From positions 384,001-448,000 of the forward strand of contig CAVSHR010000002.1 in the NCBI GenBank assembly GCA_963727625.1: a DNA stretch of 64,000 bases, written 5' to 3'. Positions within the stretch are counted from its first letter, which is position 1. Each line of letters opens with the position of its first letter. Under the pieces are notes generated by a model. It was not told the DNA's origin. It made no database searches and saw only the letters and a program-made list of their open reading frames with translations. The position numbers and the translations under genes are program-made. Source of the stretch: an uncultured delta proteobacterium (lineage in GTDB: Bacteria > Desulfobacterota > Binatia > UBA9968). Of the stretch, positions 38,207 through 48,769 are shown piece by piece.

Positions 38207-39726
38207 GAGTGCTTCCGTAATTCCCAGAAGCGTGACAGCTCGCCTAAACGAAAACCCGTGTAGCGGCCGAGCATGACTTGTAGCGCGGCGACGAAGCCGA
38301 TGAGCTCCGGATACAGGAAAAACGTCAACTGGAGAGATTCCCAATGAATGATCTCGTAGGTAATCGACGCCACTGCGGCGCTGCCGGCGGCAGTGCGTAG
38401 GCCCTCGCGCACGCCGGCTTCCTCCGTGATCACGAAAAAGCGTTCGATCGTCATGGTCAGAATCACGATGGGCAGCAGCCCCACGGCCATAAACGGACGG
38501 AGGCCGATCTTGTTGCCGATCAGCGCGACGACCGTCAAGCACGCAACCACGAGACTCAGCAGCACCGATAAGCGCGGCACGAGCAATAGACGCAAGCTGT
38601 TGAGGGCGCGCCTGAATACATAGCCGATCGCAATCACCGCTACGAAAACGGACAGGCCGAATACCAGCCCGGTATTGCGGAAGGCCAGCGCCATGAGCAC
38701 GGGCATGAAGATGCCGAAGGTGGGGAAGCCGACTACGTTGCGCAAGAAGGCGATCAACAGGGCGCTGATCGGAATCAGCAGCAGGATGCGAAAGGTGTCT
38801 TGGAATTCTGCCGGCAGGCGAAACAGCGACCATTGATCCAACCAGTGGTCGGAACCGGCGAATCTCTGAAAATAAAGATCCCAGCTGCCGACGCGATGGC
38901 GGGCGAGTGTCCACTGCACTTCATCCAAGCTGCCGGAGAGCAACTGGATCGCTGGAATGTTGCGCGCCAGAGCCAAGATCGAGCCGGAGCTCGGATAGAT
39001 TTCACCGGTGGCAATACGCACGTTTTCCCATTGGCTGCCGGTCCATACTTCGACCCACGAGAGCGGCACCGTGTAGACGCCTTCCGCTAACCGAAGTCCC
39101 TGCACCGCGCGGGCCGGCATTCCGGCGGCGCGGCAGAGAATCACCAGCGTGGTCAACGCGCCATATTTCTTTTGGATGTCCGACCAGCGCTGCAGCGTCG
39201 GGTCCTCCGGCGGCAGAGGTTTCCAAATATGTTGTTTCGACTCGACGATCGCGCGCAGCCGCGCCGCCGCCGGCAAATTTGACCAGCGCGCGGCCAATTT
39301 TTCCGCTGTGGCCTGCTCTTCTTCGCTCACCTCCGCGGGATAGTCGCCGAGCGGGGGCGGCGCGCTCTTGGGCTTGCGGTTGCGCAGCAGAATCTGCGCC
39401 CCATAGCTGATCGAATCCTGGATGTCGCCGGCCTGAGTAGACCAGATGCCGACTCGATTGACGTCATGGCGCGCCAGACTGAAATCGAGCGCGCCGGATG
39501 TGATCTGTTCGTCAAAAACAGTCTGCGAGTCGTCGTTGAGCGGCACCGCGACGGCGATACGTAGGCCTTTTTCACCGGTTTTGACGTCGGCCTTTACGGA
39601 AAATTGCCAGAGCCCGCCGGGAAGCGTCGGTAACAGCGGGTACTGGAGCCAGATCACCCGATAACCGACGGTCAGCGCGGGGATCAATAGCAATGCGGCC
39701 AGGACGAGATAAAGCGGTCGTTTCAA
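38203..39726 (-). CDS. 7TM protein with inactive transglutaminase domain
   Basis: CRAAGMPAR..WVEVW TGase remnant; RNVVGFPTFGIFMPVL, LPIVILTMTIER, GRYTGFRL. Confidence 0.88.
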   Translation of the reverse strand: MKRPLYLVLAALLLIPALTVGYRVIWLQYPLLPTLPGGLWQFSVKADVKTGEKGLRIAVAVPLNDDSQTVFDEQITSGALDFSLARHDVNRVGIWSTQAGDIQDSISYGAQILLRNRKPKSAPPPLGDYPAEVSEEEQATAEKLAARWSNLPAAARLRAIVESKQHIWKPLPPEDPTLQRWSDIQKKYGALTTLVILCRAAGMPARAVQGLRLAEGVYTVPLSWVEVWTGSQWENVRIATGEIYPSSGSILALARNIPAIQLLSGSLDEVQWTLARHRVGSWDLYFQRFAGSDHWLDQWSLFRLPAEFQDTFRILLLIPISALLIAFLRNVVGFPTFGIFMPVLMALAFRNTGLVFGLSVFVAVIAIGYVFRRALNSLRLLLVPRLSVLLSLVVACLTVVALIGNKIGLRPFMAVGLLPIVILTMTIERFFVITEEAGVREGLRTAAGSAAVASITYEIIHWESLQLTFFLYPELIGFVAALQVMLGRYTGFRLGELSRFWELRKHS

Positions 39727-40244
39727 CGAGCACGCCCCTTTGCGCAATTCGGCGGGAGCATTTTGCGATGACTGACGTCGACGACGAAGCGGCCTGCCAA
39801 CGCATTCCGGCCGATCAAGAGCGAGTACTCCATCTTCGATCGATCATTTAAATTTAGCGCCGTGGAAACAAGCTGGGTGCCGATGCACAGTTGCAATCGC
39901 ACGACCGGCCGGCGCTCTCGACCTTCGGAGGTTCGGACGGTTCGCCACCGGAGAATCGGCAACTTAACCGCCTGCGCTCCGCCCGGCTCGAATAATTTAA
40001 ACTCCACGGTTTCATCTTTGACGCGAATATCGCGCGCGTCGAGCGAAGAGGTCGCCGCTCCGGTGTCGATACGCGCTATCAGCTTGATATTCCAGGGCAG
40101 AACGACGATCTCTTCTACGGCACCCACGGTTTCTTTCGCCGCGGCGACGGCGGGGTCTCGATCGAAGGGAAAAACTGCAAGCCACGTGATCGCCCAGCCC
40201 AGCAGAAGGTAGCTGGGCTTGTTGCTGAAAGTTTTGTCTCTCAT
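39723..40244 (-). CDS. Secreted retropepsin-like aspartyl protease (RimK-associated family)
   Basis: ARIDTGAATSSL, RPVV, DRSKM..LIGR. Confidence 0.88.
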   Translation of the reverse strand: MRDKTFSNKPSYLLLGWAITWLAVFPFDRDPAVAAAKETVGAVEEIVVLPWNIKLIARIDTGAATSSLDARDIRVKDETVEFKLFEPGGAQAVKLPILRWRTVRTSEGRERRPVVRLQLCIGTQLVSTALNLNDRSKMEYSLLIGRNALAGRFVVDVSHRKMLPPNCAKGRAR

Positions 40245-40577
40245 CGGATCACGTCGAATCGTTCCGGTCTAAATTGCCGATCGTTCAAAAAAACCGCCGA
40301 GCAATCGCTCCATAATAGCAGATGCTTTTCCTTGGGCGAGGGATATTGAAAAAATAGGCAGCTTCATTTGTCGCCAGCCGCGTTATTGCGGCAACCTTTG
40401 GCTGTCAAGGCTGTTCGCCGAAGTGACAGCATGTCAAGTGATTTAGCCCGGCGCAATCCGCGGCACAGGGAGACCGTTTCTCCAGGTCACCCCAACTGTC
40501 GTTATCGCGCGGCAAGTTGAGCGGTTTGCCGGGCCGGTATATTAGGAAGCGAGTGCTGCAGCCGAACAAACTCCCAG

Positions 40578-41462
40578 ATGAACCCTTCCACCACACAGCG
40601 TAAAAAACTTCCCGCGGCGATTCGCGGCGGCCTGTGGATGACCGCGGCGGCGGGGGCCTTTACGCTCATGACCAGCCTCATCCGGCAAACGGCGCCGGAT
40701 GTTCACCCCTTCGAGATCGCTTTTTTCCGCGCCCTGGTGAATCTCGTTTTGATGCTGCCGTTTGCGTTGCGCGCGGGCGTCGCCGGACTCAAGACCAACA
40801 ACCGCAAAGCGTTCATGCTGCGCGGCGTTTGCGGTCTGGCGTTTTTGATGACTTATTTTTCCGGCGCGGCGCTGGTGCCGATCGCAGAGTCGCAGGCGCT
40901 GATCTTTACCTCGCCGCTGTGGGGGGCTCTTCTCGCCGTGCTTTTCCTCGGCGAACAGGTCGGCCATGCGCGCGCTCTGGCGTTGATCGCGGGATTCGTC
41001 GGCGTTCTGATCATCCTGCGTCCGGGAGTCGTGCAGCTCAGCTTGGGCGCTGTGCTTGTGCTGGCCGGGGCGTTGTCCGCGGCGGCGAGCAACACTATCG
41101 TGAAGTTCACCACCCGCACGGATCATCCCGACGCCGTGGTCTTTTATCAAATGGTTTACGTCACACCGCTGATATTCGTCCCGGCGTTGTGGGTGTGGAC
41201 CTGGCCGACCTTCAACCAATTGCTTTTGATGATCGGCGTAGGCTTTTTCGCGACTTTGAACCAGCGTTTTTTGTCGCGCGCCTACGCCGCCGCGGATGCG
41301 ATGGCAGTTTTGCCCTTCGAATTCGCTCGACTGCCATTCGCCGCGGTGATCGGCTTTTTTACCTTCCGTGAACTGCCGGATCTCTGGGCCTGGGTGGGCG
41401 GCGCGGTGATCTTCGGCGCGTCACTCTATATGGTGCGACGGGAGACGCGTCCTGCGCGATGA
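40578..41462 (+). CDS. DMT/EamA transporter
   Basis: About 10 TM; IAFFR, FTSPL..FLGE, ILRPG, ELPD. Confidence 0.9.
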   Translation: MNPSTTQRKKLPAAIRGGLWMTAAAGAFTLMTSLIRQTAPDVHPFEIAFFRALVNLVLMLPFALRAGVAGLKTNNRKAFMLRGVCGLAFLMTYFSGAALVPIAESQALIFTSPLWGALLAVLFLGEQVGHARALALIAGFVGVLIILRPGVVQLSLGAVLVLAGALSAAASNTIVKFTTRTDHPDAVVFYQMVYVTPLIFVPALWVWTWPTFNQLLLMIGVGFFATLNQRFLSRAYAAADAMAVLPFEFARLPFAAVIGFFTFRELPDLWAWVGGAVIFGASLYMVRRETRPAR

Positions 41463-41590
41463 GGCACGCGGGAGCTGAGCGGGGAAATCCTGCCTTGGCT
41501 ATTTCTTCTTCACATTGACACAAAGAATGAGCTCGCATACTTTACTCTCGCACGGATCAAATGCATTCCATGAGCGCAAAGAGGTCGACG

Positions 41591-42571
41591 ATGAAGATCG
41601 GTTTGAGTCCTCTGCAGGGGCAGGTGAGCTTCGAGGAGACCTTGCGCGAATGCGAGCGCGCCGAGGGCGCGGGGTTCGACTCAGTGTGGCTCGGCGAGCA
41701 CCACAACAATCCGATCTTGCATCCCGCGCCGCTGATCGGTCTGGCTGCGATCGCGAGCCGGACGGGCCGTATCAGCCTGGGTACCGGCGTGCTCTTGCTG
41801 CCGCTCTATCATCCCATGATGGTCGCCGAAGAAGGCGCGATGGTCGACATGATTTCCGGCGGCCGATTGATTCTCGGCATTGGCGCGGGCTACGCGCCGG
41901 AAGAGTTCGCCGCCTTCGGCACTTCGCTCAAGGAGCGCGGCAGCCGCATGGAGGAAGGGGCTGCGCTGCTGCTGCGACTTTGGACGGAAGAAAACGTCAC
42001 GCATCGCGGCAAACATTTCCAAGTGACCGATGCCACGGTAGCGCCGCGCCCGGTGCAGCGGCCTCGGCCGCCGATCTGGTTTGGCGCATGGGCGGGGGCG
42101 GCGATCCGCCGCGCCGCGCGCTTGGGCGACGCCTGGTTCGTCGGGCCTTCGGCCAATCTCAGTGAGATCGGGCCGAGCGCGCGCATGTATCACGAAGCTT
42201 GCCGGGAATATGGCAAAGGCCAGGGAGAAGTTGCGCTATTTCGCTATGTGTTCGTCGCCGGCACGACGAAAGCCGCGATCGATACGGCAGGCGGCTCATT
42301 CATCCAGGCGTTTGAAAGAATGTATTTCCGTTGGCCGCACCCGGTGGTCAAAAAGCCGCAAGGCGAACTTACGATCGAAAGGCTAGCCGAAAACCGAATT
42401 ATATTCGGCGACCCGCAAACTTGCATCCACGAAATCAACCGATTTCGACACGAGTTGAACGTCAGCCATCTGGTCTGCCGATTTTCCGTGCCGGGAATTC
42501 CCCGCGACGCGTGCGCCAGATCTTTCGAGCTGTTCACGCGCGAAGTGATGCCGGCACTCAGGTCGAAATGA
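41591..42571 (+). CDS. LLM-class flavin-dependent oxidoreductase
   Basis: GFDSVWLGEHH, LGTGVLLLPLYHP, SGGRLILGIG, PRPVQRPRPPIW. Confidence 0.93.
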   Translation: MKIGLSPLQGQVSFEETLRECERAEGAGFDSVWLGEHHNNPILHPAPLIGLAAIASRTGRISLGTGVLLLPLYHPMMVAEEGAMVDMISGGRLILGIGAGYAPEEFAAFGTSLKERGSRMEEGAALLLRLWTEENVTHRGKHFQVTDATVAPRPVQRPRPPIWFGAWAGAAIRRAARLGDAWFVGPSANLSEIGPSARMYHEACREYGKGQGEVALFRYVFVAGTTKAAIDTAGGSFIQAFERMYFRWPHPVVKKPQGELTIERLAENRIIFGDPQTCIHEINRFRHELNVSHLVCRFSVPGIPRDACARSFELFTREVMPALRSK

Positions 42572-43469
42572 CCGGGTATAGCGCAGGTGATAGCGACGGG
42601 AGATCACGGACTCTTGATTCGGCCCTGGTGTTTTTGCAGAAGGCGGCCGTTTGCGAGCCGTATCGGTTCTCGGAAAATTTTAGAATAGTGCCGCGTTTCT
42701 CATCCTCGACGTAGCGAGACAAACTCGGTCCAGTCTCCATCGGTGAATACTACCGGGGACGCTCAGCCGAAGGCGGCGCCGGATCTTGATCCAAAAAACC
42801 GAATTATGGCGAAACGACGGGAATCGAATCATTCCTTCGTTGCGCGGAACTCGTTTCGATGCTCACGCAGATGCTCGAGCCGCTCGACCGCTCTCGCTCG
42901 ACATTGGCAGCAGGCCAGATTGGAAAACGAGACATCGCGGCATTTGTGACATTTCCAGTGGCGGCAAAAGGGGCATTTTGCGTCGATGAGGACCCAGAAG
43001 TGTGTCGTGAGTGCCAAGTTGATCAACCTTATGTTTGGGAAAAAATTTAATGGAAAATATTTAGACGCCGGTGAAGTCCTTTGGTTACATCGTGACGCCG
43101 ATAGTAAGTTAGATGATCGCGATCCTCAAGCGATCCGACCGTCCACAGCAAAATTTTTTACGAGCAAATAGAATTGTTGGCAGGTTCGCGAATAACGACG
43201 CTAAAGTGTGGAAACCGATTGTCCGTGCAGGTCAGCTCGGTCGCTGCTAAGCTCCTGATCGCCGCGTTAGCGACCCCGATGAGCGTCGAAACTGCCTGTT
43301 AGAGGTAAACTTATTTTGATATCGATCGACAACGATTCGCGGGCGATTTTGTCCCGCACTTCATTGCGGTACCCATTTGACGGATTCCAACCTGGCCACG
43401 GAAGAGTCCGCTCCAAGCCGGCGACAGTCGCTGCGACGACATTGTTTTGCCGCGCGGCGGACTAACAGC

Positions 43470-43817
43470 TCATTGGTCCGCCCGAACCGGGCGGACGCCG
43501 AAAGGTTCGGAGCGGTTGCCGAAAAGGATCAGTGGGGTGCTGCCAACGTTGGTCAGCTGGTAGTACTCCTTGGCGGGCAGGAAGACGATGTCATTTTTTT
43601 CGATGACCCGCTCGTCACCTTTCAATCCCTTGACCGAGCACCGCCCGTCGATGACCAAAAAAGTTTCCGGCGATTGGTGATAGTGCATCGGCGTGCCGTC
43701 TCCCGGCTCGAAGTGGAGCATCCAGGAGCGAAAGTTGTCGGTGCCGAAGAGGTGGACGTTGCGGAGATTGTCTCTGTCGGCCTCGGTGATTTTCTGTTTC
43801 AAGCTGACAAACTCCAT
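43470..43817 (-). CDS. Cupin domain protein
   Basis: PGDGTPMHYHQSPETFLVIDG..LTNVG; GAGGAG RBS. Confidence 0.88.
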   Translation of the reverse strand: MEFVSLKQKITEADRDNLRNVHLFGTDNFRSWMLHFEPGDGTPMHYHQSPETFLVIDGRCSVKGLKGDERVIEKNDIVFLPAKEYYQLTNVGSTPLILFGNRSEPFGVRPVRADQ

Positions 43818-44208
43818 AAACTTTTTCTCCTCGTTGACTGGTAATGGCTTAAACTAGAGCAGCCGGGCTTCAGTTGTCAATTCTCGCCGCGCTAATAATC
43901 GCGCGACTACTTTACCGTGCTTGGTACGACCGAAATTGCCAGCTAGTTCCATGGTTGTCCAGACGATGAGCACCGAGCCGGTGCGGGGGAATTGTTTTAT
44001 AGTTCGAGTCCGTGAATCAAGAGTCGTTGCTGCATCGAACATTTTCGCTCCGACCGGGTAATTGTTTCCAAGGTACTTCTAATCGTAGACTTTCAAGTAG
44101 TCGGAAACCCAATAAATTACATGGCCCGATCCCTTGGCATGGGGGTTGCGTTAGACGTCCAGTATAGTCGTGTTGTTTAATCAATTTAAGGAGATAAGGA
44201 GCAGCAAA

Positions 44209-44808
44209 ATGAAATTTACCAAAGCGATAATTTTGGGTGGACTGCTGGTTGGGGCCTTGTCGATCCCAAAAGCCCCGGCGATGGCCGGCGACCGGTATTA
44301 CTTTCGCGTGCCGCCGGGCCATTTACCGCCGGCCGGCAAATGCCGCATTTGGTACCCTGGTACACCTCCAGGTCGTCAGCCCCCGCCGGGAGACTGTCGG
44401 GTGCTTAGCCGCCAGGTTCCACGCGGCGCATACCTGATTGGGTATGGTCGCAGATGGGATTACACCGAGCTGAACGATCGGCGCTTTCGACACCAGGATT
44501 TCTACAGGGACCGCTATGTCGGTCGAAAAGAAATCTACCGGGATGTTCGGGAAGTCCATCAAGCGCGTAAGAAAGTCTACCAAGACACGCGCGACCTGCA
44601 GCATGCCCACGATGAGCTCCGGAAGGATCGCGCGGAGCTGCACAAAGACATTCGAAACGGCGCGAGCAAGCAGGAAATTATTCATGGACGCCGCGAGGTC
44701 CGAGAGGATCTGAAAAAAGTCGGGGACTCGAAGCGCGATCTCCGCCGAAGCCAAGATAAGTTGCAATCGGCCGAGAACGATCCGCGCCGCGATCCGCGCC
44801 GAAGATAG
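44209..44808 (+). CDS. Secreted hypothetical protein with a Pro/Cys domain and charged helical repeat tail
   Basis: Signal peptide; VPPGHLPPAGKCRIWYPGTPPGRQPPPGDC; D/R/E-rich repeats. Confidence 0.75.
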   Translation: MKFTKAIILGGLLVGALSIPKAPAMAGDRYYFRVPPGHLPPAGKCRIWYPGTPPGRQPPPGDCRVLSRQVPRGAYLIGYGRRWDYTELNDRRFRHQDFYRDRYVGRKEIYRDVREVHQARKKVYQDTRDLQHAHDELRKDRAELHKDIRNGASKQEIIHGRREVREDLKKVGDSKRDLRRSQDKLQSAENDPRRDPRRR

Positions 44809-44823
44809 CGCGTAATTCAAAAT

Positions 44824-44868
44824 GGCAACGGCCCGACCGCGTCATTTCCCAGCGGTCGGGCCGTTGCC
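44824..44868. terminator. Perfect 17-bp hairpin after the gene
   Basis: GGCAACGGCCCGACCGC / GCGGTCGGGCCGTTGCC; no clear U-tract. Confidence 0.6.
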
Positions 44869-45204
44869 TAGCAAACTCTCTGAGAATTTGCTCCCCCTAT
44901 CGGTTCCGCTTAAAGAGTTTTCGGCCTTGCCGCAACCTGAAACCGAAATTCGGTTTTCCATCAGCCAATTATATCTAAAAGCTCTGCGCGCTTTCCGGCT
45001 AAGGCCGTTAGAAGGGCGGCGTTAAAGCTCGGTCGATCCTCAGCATTTGGTTTGGGGTGTGCCTGACAGCAAGGACCGTGTGTGGGCCATAGCCGAAAAA
45101 CGCGCTCTGCTCGGACTGCTCAAATTCCGCGGCGAGTTGACATCTAGTGAATGTTTCGAATAAGGCGTTCCTGTTCAAGAGACGTTCTTCGCGGGAGGTC
45201 AACC

Positions 45205-45516
45205 ATGGTGGTATTGCACGTTACCGTTCAAGTTAAGCCGGAACACTTGGCGGAGTTCCTAGAGGTGCTGCGCCATGACGCGGTGCATTCGGAAGAGGAC
45301 GAGCCCGGGTGCTTGCGTTTCGATGTCGTCCAAGACAAGACCGATCCCAACCGGTTTTACTACTACGAAGTTTACAAAAATGAGGCGGCGCTGGAAACGC
45401 ACCGGCAAACGCCCCATTTCAAGCTCTACGCTGAAAAAACCAAGGACTGGATGGCGGCACCGCCGGAAAGACGATTCGGCAGGAATTTGATTCCCAACGA
45501 CGCCGCGTGGCGCTAG
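45205..45516 (+). CDS. ABM/LsrG-like putative quinol monooxygenase
   Basis: EPGCLRFDV..FYYYEVY..HRQTPHF. Confidence 0.9.
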   Translation: MVVLHVTVQVKPEHLAEFLEVLRHDAVHSEEDEPGCLRFDVVQDKTDPNRFYYYEVYKNEAALETHRQTPHFKLYAEKTKDWMAAPPERRFGRNLIPNDAAWR

Positions 45517-45737
45517 CGGAATCGAGAGGCGCGATGATGGCGATATCTTGGGTAAAAATTAGATGTTGTGCCGTCCATCGGCCTTCCTCGATCCAGTTTG
45601 GCCGTTCGATTAGAAATTTCCGCTGTGGCGGAAAAAACGGCCTTGCCTGAAAATTCGCGAAGTCGTAAGTTAATTCCCGGCGAAGGGTTTCGTCGAATCA
45701 GTTGGGCTTTTCCGCGTCGTCTTAATAGGGAGGGATC

Positions 45738-46739
45738 ATGAAGCTTCCGCGGCGATCCTGGTTAATCACTCTTGGGCTGCTTCTCGGCGTATGTTTATCT
45801 TTCCGCGGCGCACAGGCCCAAGACAAAGTCCGGCTCTCGCATAGTGCGTTGGAGAGCAGCAATGCGGTCTGGTACGTGGCGCAGGACCGCGGGTTTTACA
45901 AAAAGTACGGCTTGGATGCCGATTTAATTTTTATCCCCAGCACCACGACGAGCGTGGCGAGCCTGGTCGCGGGCGACGTGCAAGTCGCTAACGCTTCGGG
46001 CGGCGGTGTCGCCAGCGCGGCGGTGGCCGGCGCCGATCTCGTGATGGTCTCGTGTTATCTCAATTCGCTCCCTTACGAGCTGGTCGTCGGCGAGAACATA
46101 AAATCAGCGGAAGACTTGAAGGGTAAGAGCATCGGTATCAGCCGGGTGGGCAGTGCTTCCGACGTAGCGGCACGCGCGCTGATTCGCGGAGTGGGGTTGG
46201 AGCCCGACAAGCAAGTCCCGATCATGCAAATAGGCGGCCCGGCGGAGCGGGCGGCGGCGTTTCGCACCGGCAGGATAGCCGGTTTCCCGTCGCCGCCGGG
46301 TATTATTTATTTGACCAAGGGTATGCCGTTTCGGATTCTCATCAGCACGGCAGATTTTCAGAAGCGGTTTGAATTTCCGTATATCTGCGCGACTACGACG
46401 CGAGGCTATCTCTCGCGCCACCGGGACACGGTCAAAAAAGTGATTATGGCGCATATCGAAGCGACTCAGTTTTTCAAGACCCATAAGGAAGAAACCAAGC
46501 ACAGTATCGCCAAGCACAGCCGCATCAACAACGACAACTATCTGGAGGCCGCGTACAATGCCACGGCAAAGCTCTATGATGAGGTGCCATTGGTAACTCG
46601 CGCGGGTGTCGAGGTGCAAATCAAAGAAGCGACCAGCCGCAAGCCGGGCTCCCAACTTCATTTTGAAGACATGGTCGACCAAAGCATCGTTCAAGAGTTG
46701 GAGAAAAGCGGTTTTATCGACAAGATTTATAAACGTTGA
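45738..46739 (+). CDS. Orphan ABC substrate-binding protein (NMT1-like)
   Basis: Signal peptide; GFYKKYGLD, EDLKGKSIGISRVGS. Confidence 0.9.
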   Translation: MKLPRRSWLITLGLLLGVCLSFRGAQAQDKVRLSHSALESSNAVWYVAQDRGFYKKYGLDADLIFIPSTTTSVASLVAGDVQVANASGGGVASAAVAGADLVMVSCYLNSLPYELVVGENIKSAEDLKGKSIGISRVGSASDVAARALIRGVGLEPDKQVPIMQIGGPAERAAAFRTGRIAGFPSPPGIIYLTKGMPFRILISTADFQKRFEFPYICATTTRGYLSRHRDTVKKVIMAHIEATQFFKTHKEETKHSIAKHSRINNDNYLEAAYNATAKLYDEVPLVTRAGVEVQIKEATSRKPGSQLHFEDMVDQSIVQELEKSGFIDKIYKR

Positions 46740-47106
46740 CGCACTCACGGATTCGCAGCGTCTGGATCGTGGGCGATCGGCAATGACCAGCGCGATTGAT
46801 CTCTAAGCTGGACGCCTCTTCATCTTCGGAGTGCGGCAAGAGGTGTCACGCCAATTTTTTCCCGTGCATCGGTATGAGAATCGAATGCGGAATGTCGAAA
46901 GCAGCCTGGCTTAGTCTCCTTATTCGATTCGGAACACGCGCCGCTTAACCAGATTTCTTGCGCAAGAACCGCTTCTGCGAATGCGGCGCGGTTGTTCACA
47001 GAAGCGCTGACAATTTCCTATTCGCCGGGCGTTATTGTAAACATGATCTTAGGCCATTTGGGTCCGGCCCAAGGCGATCGGCAATTTTTTATAAGGAGGT
47101 GCTAAC

Positions 47107-47535
47107 ATGAGATGGTGGCGAATGCTTTCAGTGATTGGTTTGGCTTTTCTAATGGCGAACTGTGTGCCGCCCGGGGGGTATCGCGACGACCGTCGCGGTG
47201 TCGCGCGCGGCAACCAGGGGTGGGAGCTTCTCGGCCAACAACAAGCCGATTTTAGGGCCGATCATGATCGGATCGATGTCGGCAGACGCGAGGGAAGGTT
47301 CAGCGCGATTCGCATCGAGGTTCGCGGCGCACCTTTGGAAATGCGCGACATAGTCGTCACGTTCGGCGACGGCAGGAAGTTTTCACCCAACTTGCGCGCA
47401 CGCTTCGACGAAAATTCGCGGAGTCGCGTCATCGACCTCCCGGGCGACCGGAGGGTGATCCGGTCGGTGGTGTTTAGTTATCGCAGCATTGATCGCCGTG
47501 AGGGACGGGCCACCGTGATGCTTTACGCTCGGTGA
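47107..47535 (+). CDS. Putative lipoprotein (DUF2541/YaaI-like)
   Basis: LMANC lipobox; WELLG..DHDRI..GRF..IDLPG. Confidence 0.7.
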   Translation: MRWWRMLSVIGLAFLMANCVPPGGYRDDRRGVARGNQGWELLGQQQADFRADHDRIDVGRREGRFSAIRIEVRGAPLEMRDIVVTFGDGRKFSPNLRARFDENSRSRVIDLPGDRRVIRSVVFSYRSIDRREGRATVMLYAR

Positions 47536-47638
47536 GCGGTTCGCGCGGCGTTGTCGATAGAGCGTCACCAGCGACTTTGGCCATGCGCATTCTGCATTCG
47601 CGCTGACAGAGAAAAGACATGCCACAGGTCAACCAAAG

Positions 47639-48733
47639 ATGAGCACGAAAGGTCGGGCGGCGATATTTGTCGAACCGAGGAAACCGTTGGTTGTCGACGA
47701 AGTGGAGTTTCCCGATCCCGGGCCGGATCAGGTATTGGTGAGGATTTTCGCCAGCGGTGTCTGCCACTCGCAGCTCCATACCATGCAAAGGCCGGCTCGT
47801 CCCGGACATCGTTTGCCCGCGCTGCTCGGTCATGAAGCGACCGGCGTCGTGGTGGCCAAGGGCCGCGAGGTGAAACATATCAAAGAAGGGGACCACGCGA
47901 TAACGACTTGGGTCGATCGCGACAATTCGACGACCAATCAGCCCTTGGTCATGCATGCTCTGAACGATCGCGCACAGTACCAGGCAAGGTGGAACGGCAA
48001 AGAGATAATGCACTCGGCCGCGACCTGGGCGGAATACGCTTTGGCATCGGAAAGAGTGGTGCTGCCGATGCCGGCCGAGCTGCCGACCGATGTGACTGCG
48101 ATCGTCGGCTGCGCCGTAATGACCGGCGCCGGCGCGATCGTCAATACCCTTCAAGTTCACCCAGGGCAGTCCGTAGCCGTGATTGGCGCCGGCGGCATCG
48201 GTCTGTGCGCGATTGCCGCAGCGGCTATCGTCGCGGCCTATCCGATCATCGCCGTGGACGTGAATCCCGACAAACTCGCCTTTGCTCGGCGCTTCGGCGC
48301 CACTCATGTCATCCATGGGAACGACGTCGAAACTGTGCAGGCGATCAAAGATCTCACCGGCGGCGGGACTGATTATGCCATCGACGCGGTCGGCCTACCG
48401 CAGACCCAAGAACAAATTCTCCGCGCCGTGCGTCCCGGCTATTCGGGCATGAACAGAGGCGGCACGGCGTTGCTCATCGGCATCACGCCGCCCGACGCCA
48501 AAGCTACGCTCGATACGAGTTTATTCGCCGGCAACCGCTCATTTACGCGCACCAGCGGCGGCGATTGCAAACCGGAGCGCGATTTTCCGATATTCCTTCG
48601 GTGGTATCGCGAAGACAAGTTGAAGCTCGACGAGTTGATCACGAATCGCTACAAGCTGGAACAGATCAACCAAGCAGTCGAAGACTTGGAGCATGGGCGA
48701 ATTCTCGGGCGAGGGATTCTCACCTTTAACTAA
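47639..48733 (+). CDS. Zinc-binding MDR alcohol dehydrogenase
   Basis: GVCHSQ, LGHE, VGCAVMTG, GAGGIG. Confidence 0.92.
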   Translation: MSTKGRAAIFVEPRKPLVVDEVEFPDPGPDQVLVRIFASGVCHSQLHTMQRPARPGHRLPALLGHEATGVVVAKGREVKHIKEGDHAITTWVDRDNSTTNQPLVMHALNDRAQYQARWNGKEIMHSAATWAEYALASERVVLPMPAELPTDVTAIVGCAVMTGAGAIVNTLQVHPGQSVAVIGAGGIGLCAIAAAAIVAAYPIIAVDVNPDKLAFARRFGATHVIHGNDVETVQAIKDLTGGGTDYAIDAVGLPQTQEQILRAVRPGYSGMNRGGTALLIGITPPDAKATLDTSLFAGNRSFTRTSGGDCKPERDFPIFLRWYREDKLKLDELITNRYKLEQINQAVEDLEHGRILGRGILTFN

Positions 48734-48769
48734 TCACAAACGCGCATCAAAGGGCGGATTGATTCAATC

